Shown: piece by piece, positions 35,931-39,826 of the stretch
How positions within the stretch are numbered: the first letter of the stretch is position 1
Layout: the number at the start of each line of letters is the position of its first letter
Virus genome (UHGV): UHGV-0392477
DNA length: 39,826 bases
Reading direction: 5' to 3' (one strand)
From: a virus
Translations under genes and position numbers: made by a program
Notes under the pieces: generated by a model
The model's database searches: none
Told to the model about the DNA's origin: nothing
The model's input: the letters and a program-made list of their open reading frames with translations, nothing else

Positions 35931-35942
35931 CCCCCCCCCCCC
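35931..35942. repeat. Homopolymeric C12 tract (G12 on the coding strand) between two early genes
   Basis: Direct read, cacccccccccccgc. Confidence 0.8.
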
Positions 35943-35943
35943 G

Positions 35944-36183
35944 CTATTTTGCCTTTTTTCTCAGATCATCCAACGCAGTAAGGTATAACGCCTGAAGGGT
36001 CGAAGCCTGGTCTTCTATATCATCACTGGATAGCGCTTTTGAAACACCTGAAAGAATAGTAACTGTAAGAGCAACGACGTCTACATAATTGCCCCGTATC
36101 GTTGTCTCAGCTTTCTCCCCGTGCGCTTCAATCCCTACGGTGGGTACATTCTTTTCAGCTTTAATCATTGATTTTTCCTCCAT
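35944..36183 (-). CDS. Hypothetical protein (79 aa)
   Basis: ORF. Confidence 0.45.
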   Translation of the reverse strand: MEEKSMIKAEKNVPTVGIEAHGEKAETTIRGNYVDVVALTVTILSGVSKALSSDDIEDQASTLQALYLTALDDLRKKAK

Positions 36184-36303
36184 AATCCCTTATACTAAGG
36201 GTGATTAGATTATCTTGCTATTGGACCTTCGGACGGCTCCACCCGTCTGGGGTCCATTTTTTGTATGACCGGCACACATCCCCTATCATCGTCTGACACC
36301 TCC

Positions 36304-36489
36304 CTACTCTTTGACATAGACAGACTTGGTATCGTTGTCATATACCAGCCACAGCGTGTCGCCGGCACTATCCACAATCATGGCCTCGTTGTTATGTACG
36401 GTCAATTTAAAATAGCGCATTTCAAAACCTTCTGACTGCAGCCACTTGCGGATTGCGTACTCCGCAATGCTCTTTGCACCTTTAATCAT
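36304..36489 (-). CDS. Hypothetical protein (61 aa)
   Basis: ORF. Confidence 0.4.
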   Translation of the reverse strand: MIKGAKSIAEYAIRKWLQSEGFEMRYFKLTVHNNEAMIVDSAGDTLWLVYDNDTKSVYVKE

Positions 36490-36505
36490 TTTCCCTCACC
36501 TCCCA

Positions 36506-36775
36506 TCAAAGTCTCACGCCCATGGCCAGCGCCATGACCACAGTTGCTGCAACCACCATTCCGAACATCCAAAAAGTTGCTATGATAATCCATCTCGCTG
36601 CCGTCATTAGGGGATGCTCGTCCCGGCGTCTCCTGCGCTGTCGGAAGGTCACCATACGCCTGTGCCCCATGATGTTGGTGAGTACCGCTGTTCCTGGCCC
36701 GGTGATGTCCACACGCCAGCCAGGATACTGGACCGCTGCTTTGGCGCGGATGGCTAACTCAGTTACTTTTGTCAT
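36506..36775 (-). CDS. Small membrane protein (C-terminal TM helix after an Arg cluster)
   Basis: Start at 36775 with RBS GGGAGGG. RRRRRDEHPLMTAARWIIIATFWMFGMVVAATVVMALAMGV. Confidence 0.5.
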   Translation of the reverse strand: MTKVTELAIRAKAAVQYPGWRVDITGPGTAVLTNIMGHRRMVTFRQRRRRRDEHPLMTAARWIIIATFWMFGMVVAATVVMALAMGVRL

Positions 36776-36971
36776 TGGCTTGTCCCTCCCCTTGGAATAC
36801 TGGATAATCTTCAATGAATTGCTCCAAATCGCTTCCCCGAATCTTTATCCGCCCCAGTTTTAATGCTCGCAGGCTCCCTTTTCTAATCAGGCTATACACG
36901 GTATCCGTGTTCGTCATAAGTACGGTTGCTGTTTCCTCCACCGTGTACAACGGTTTGTATGGTTCTACCAT
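36759..36971 (-). CDS. Excisionase/MerR-type HTH DNA-binding protein
   Basis: YTVEETATVLMTNTDTVYSLIRKGSLRALKLGRIKIRGSDLEQFIE. Start at 36971 with AAAGGAGG. Confidence 0.6.
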   Translation of the reverse strand: MVEPYKPLYTVEETATVLMTNTDTVYSLIRKGSLRALKLGRIKIRGSDLEQFIEDYPVFQGEGQANDKSN

Positions 36972-37031
36972 TTTCCACATCCTCCTTTCTTTTCCCATTG
37001 ACACACGCATGTGATAGTGGTATAGTTGCTT

Positions 37032-37280
37032 TCATCGAACATGCGTTTGTTTTTTGTAATTGAGCAAGAACTCAAAGGATACTTCAAGGGATTTGCAAAT
37101 TGTTGCTACTTCATCCGCATATATGCGCCTTCCTCCACTTAAAATTCTGGAAAAAGTATCTCTTCTTATGCCTGATTTATCTGCTACCGAAGTGCTTTTA
37201 ATAAGCTTATCTTTCATGTATAAATTCAGGCCATCTCTAAATTCTTTTTCGTAGATTTGCACATCCTGCAATTTTTTCAC
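37032..37280 (-). CDS. Cro-like XRE-family HTH regulator, the first lytic-direction gene
   Basis: HTH LIKSTSVADKSGIRRDTFSRILSGG. Divergent from the repressor gene. Confidence 0.7.
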   Translation of the reverse strand: MKKLQDVQIYEKEFRDGLNLYMKDKLIKSTSVADKSGIRRDTFSRILSGGRRIYADEVATICKSLEVSFEFLLNYKKQTHVR

Positions 37281-37291
37281 CTCCTTCTAAA

Positions 37292-37402
37292 CAACATTTT
37301 GTTGTGTAAGCCAATATTACTACACGTTTTGTTGTTTGTCAAGCATCAACTCAACATTTTGTTGTTTTTATTATTGACGTTTCAACATCAATGTTGTATA
37401 AT
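37292..37402. promoter_or_regulatory. Genetic switch: divergent promoters with four CAACA-N3/4-TGTTG operator palindromes
   Basis: Operators at 37292-37304, 37322-37334 (imperfect), 37352-37364 and 37383-37396. Plus-strand promoter TTGACG (37374-37379), 17 nt, TATAAT (37397-37402). Minus-strand promoter TTGACA (37336-37341), 17 nt, TAATAT (37313-37318). Confidence 0.6.
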
Positions 37403-37426
37403 TTATCAATATAAGGAGGTTCTAAG

Positions 37427-37753
37427 ATGTCTAAGGAAGAGATTGCTTCAAAGTTAAGAACAGCACGAGAAAAGGCAGGATATAAGCAAGAAGATATAGC
37501 CAATATTTTGGGCGTTACACCGCAAAAAGTCAGTAGCTTTGAGACTGGCAGAACGCGCGTGGACGTTGATACTTTGGTGACATTATGTAAGCTATACAAT
37601 GTGGACGCCAATGATATTATGGGCATAGCTCCACCAGAAAAAAATCCTCTTGATAGGCTTATCACTGTGTATACTCGTAGTAGGAAGAACCTCTCTCAAG
37701 AAGAAAAAATGAGACTTGCTCGTATCATATTATCAGATGATGACGAGGAGTAA
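37427..37753 (+). CDS. XRE-family repressor (ImmR/cI-like, no peptidase domain)
   Basis: HTH KQEDIANILGVTPQKVSSFETG. Followed by ImmA. Confidence 0.75.
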   Translation: MSKEEIASKLRTAREKAGYKQEDIANILGVTPQKVSSFETGRTRVDVDTLVTLCKLYNVDANDIMGIAPPEKNPLDRLITVYTRSRKNLSQEEKMRLARIILSDDDEE

Positions 37754-37759
37754 TATCAA

Positions 37760-38449
37760 ATGGATTATCAAAGCCTATATGACAGTATTTTATACGCATA
37801 TACGTTTTTTGGCATTGACTCATTTCCAGTAGACTGCTTCGAATTAGTGCGGAAATGTGGTTTCAGAACTGTGAAATATACGGACTTAAGTGATAAGAAG
37901 AGAATAGCCTGTCGAACCCTTAGCGAAGATGCCTGCCTTTTGGATGGAACATTGTTTTATGAGGCTAAAGCCCATTCGCGACGGATACAATTTACAATAG
38001 CACATGAATTTGGGCATGTGTTCTTGAAAACAGACAATGAGGACAAAGCTGATGAATTTGCCAGCCATTTTTTAGCACCACGTATTCTTATTCACAAATA
38101 TAAATGTCATGACGCAATCCAGATACATGATACTTTTGGTCTGTCCTATCAGGCATCTAACAGAGCCTTGATGTCCTATAAGGAATGGTTCCGCAATATT
38201 TCCTACAGCGCAACGAGGAATCCCACGGAGCCAGAGTTGGAGCTGGAGCAAATATTCTTCCCGGAGCAGGAAGAAGCACCGGCCATTATGGTTGAGAAGC
38301 AGATGAAATCTGTCAAGAGCTGCCGTAGACAGCGACTACGCAGGGAATTGGATGAGCGTTCTTCCTTTATGGAATACTTGCGTAATCAACGTGAAAACTA
38401 TGATTTTGAGCTGGCAGAACGCCAGTATCTATATGGAAATGACTTATAA
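37760..38449 (+). CDS. ImmA/IrrE-family metallopeptidase (anti-repressor protease)
   Basis: HEFGHVF HExxH motif. Sits next to the repressor. Confidence 0.75.
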   Translation: MDYQSLYDSILYAYTFFGIDSFPVDCFELVRKCGFRTVKYTDLSDKKRIACRTLSEDACLLDGTLFYEAKAHSRRIQFTIAHEFGHVFLKTDNEDKADEFASHFLAPRILIHKYKCHDAIQIHDTFGLSYQASNRALMSYKEWFRNISYSATRNPTEPELELEQIFFPEQEEAPAIMVEKQMKSVKSCRRQRLRRELDERSSFMEYLRNQRENYDFELAERQYLYGNDL

Positions 38450-38508
38450 TTAAAATAGCCCATAGCTTTTTTAATAGAACGACATAGAAAATCTAAGGAG
38501 GAAGTTGT

Positions 38509-39090
38509 ATGGGGATATTGAATTTTTTAAAAAAAGATTCTTTTAATATGGATACATTGGAAGGAATTGAGAAAATAAAAATTCCAAAGTATCCACCAAT
38601 AAAGGGACTGGAATCTCCAATTAAGAACATTGAGTATATTTTACAAAGAAAAGCGACAGAACATAAGAAAAATGGTCGAATGGATTTAGCCATAGCTTGC
38701 CTGAAAAAATCCAACGAACTTATGCCGCATTCTAATTTCCAGTATCAGGCCAGTGATTATATGAGATACATAAAGTATCTCCGACAAAATGGACAAGAAG
38801 ACATTGCTGATTCCGAAGAAAATCGATTACATCAAGAGCATCCAGAACTTTTCGACAAGCGAATCGGAAACCGTAAACGTATTATAGAAAGTATTGAAAA
38901 ATGTAAACAATATCATACTGACTTGATTTATATAAAAACAAACGGCAAATGCCCACTCTGCAAAAAATACAATAATAAAATTTTTTCCATAAGTGGAAAG
39001 TCAAAAAAATATCCGCAATTACCAAAAGAATTTTTGACCGAAGGCGGATTTGATAAAGATTGTTTCGTTGGTGTATCAATAAAGTTATAG
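38509..39090 (+). CDS. Hypothetical moron protein (193 aa) in an AT-rich island
   Basis: ORF with RBS AAGGAGG. Composition is visibly AT-rich relative to the flanks. Contains CPLC. Confidence 0.55.
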   Translation: MGILNFLKKDSFNMDTLEGIEKIKIPKYPPIKGLESPIKNIEYILQRKATEHKKNGRMDLAIACLKKSNELMPHSNFQYQASDYMRYIKYLRQNGQEDIADSEENRLHQEHPELFDKRIGNRKRIIESIEKCKQYHTDLIYIKTNGKCPLCKKYNNKIFSISGKSKKYPQLPKEFLTEGGFDKDCFVGVSIKL

Positions 39091-39102
39091 GGAGGTATCA
39101 AT

Positions 39103-39735
39103 ATGAAAAAAAATAAAGTACTATTATTAAGTGTGTGTATCTCTGCTTCTATGGGTATTACCGCTCTTGCTGGTCAATGGACACAGGATGCTTCCGGTTG
39201 GTATTACCAAAACGATGATGGAAGCCATCCAACTAACCAATGGTTCCAGGACTTTGATGGAACGTGGTATTACCTGAATGAATCCGGTTATATGCTCACA
39301 AACGGCGCTGCTCCTGACGGCAGAACCGTGGGGGATGACGGAGCATGGGTACAGCCTGTTACCGGAGAGACAAAGACCGTGTTACGTGAAATAAACAATT
39401 GGGTTATTGGTGATGTCTGGAATCACGGATATTGCGACTTCTATCATTATGAATATGACGGCAAGGACAGCACTGGACAGTCAATTGATATTGATTATGC
39501 GCTTCAATTGTTCAAGGATTCCTACAAGAAAAAAGCAGGGTATAATGCCTACATCAATTCCCTTTCGGATGATTATGCCGCCTTAAAAACCGCTTGGGGT
39601 AAGTTAAGTGGTGAATCTGACAAATTATATAAGCATTTTGAATCTGGTGTACAGCAGACTGGGAATGATACCGATACGGCAATCTTCGTTCAGTATAGAG
39701 ACGCATTTTCCAAGAGCGTTTCTGAGAAAAAATAA
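39103..39735 (+). CDS. Secreted or lipoprotein moron with cell-wall-binding repeats
   Basis: Signal peptide MKKNKVLLLSVCISASMGITALA. Repeats GWYYQNDDGSHPTNQWFQDFDGTWYYLNESGYMLTNG. RBS GGGAGGT. Confidence 0.65.
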   Translation: MKKNKVLLLSVCISASMGITALAGQWTQDASGWYYQNDDGSHPTNQWFQDFDGTWYYLNESGYMLTNGAAPDGRTVGDDGAWVQPVTGETKTVLREINNWVIGDVWNHGYCDFYHYEYDGKDSTGQSIDIDYALQLFKDSYKKKAGYNAYINSLSDDYAALKTAWGKLSGESDKLYKHFESGVQQTGNDTDTAIFVQYRDAFSKSVSEKK

Positions 39736-39744
39736 ATTATAAGC

Positions 39745-39780
39745 AAAAAGCCCCTGTGCTGGTAACACAAGAGCTTTTCA
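39745..39780 (+). terminator. Putative intrinsic terminator after the moron genes
   Basis: AAAAGC..GCTTTT stem around an internal stem, then a T-rich tail. Confidence 0.4.
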
Positions 39781-39826
39781 CATAATTCTCTTACCGGACT
39801 GCTCCGGAAGATATAATACCTTAAAC

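Noticed and set aside
1-39826. CRISPR arrays, transposases or IS elements
   Set aside because: No regularly spaced direct repeats separated by unique spacers, and no transposase-like ORFs, were seen anywhere in the window.

Overview
The window reads as one complete temperate siphovirus-type phage (or prophage) genome of about 39.8 kb from a Firmicutes/Clostridia-like host. Because the lysogeny module is split across the two window edges, the sequence appears circularly permuted. The plus strand carries the lysogeny module: an XRE repressor, an ImmA metallopeptidase, two moron genes and a tyrosine integrase. A putative attP with repeated GGTAGGCAA arm-type motifs sits just downstream of the integrase. 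The minus strand, from 37280 down to 1636, carries the whole lytic programme in order: cro-like and excisionase-like HTH proteins, small early genes, and a replication module (DUF2800 nuclease, DUF2815 SSB-like, family-A DNA polymerase, primase/VirE, VRR-NUC, SNF2 helicase, plus a candidate iteron origin). These are followed by accessory genes (YopX, DUF551), an ArpU-like late regulator, an initiator-like tRNA-Met, terS/terL, portal, a MuF-family protein, scaffold, major capsid, connector and neck proteins, major tail protein, a G/T chaperone pair, tape measure, tail tip proteins, two tiny paralogous genes, holin and an NlpC/P60 endolysin. The points most worth a second look are listed below.
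1. The MuF head protein carries an extra C-terminal HExxH domain followed by a tiny ORF, which looks like a candidate MuF-fused toxin/immunity pair.
2. An AT-rich two-gene moron sits between ImmA and int and encodes a secreted protein with cell-wall-binding repeats (candidate superinfection exclusion or defence).
3. A plus-strand (lysogeny-orientation) gene with its own promoter is embedded inside the minus-strand replication module.
4. A 16-bp palindrome GTTGCGAT(A/G)TCGCAAC recurs three times just upstream of int, the endolysin and a head-module gene.
5. A C12 homopolymer sits in a promoter or RBS position.
6. A conserved small gene is split by a frameshift in a G-run.
7. The G/T chaperone pair may be joined by a +1 slip on GGGGG.
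All protein-family calls come from motif and pattern recognition by eye. No database search was run.
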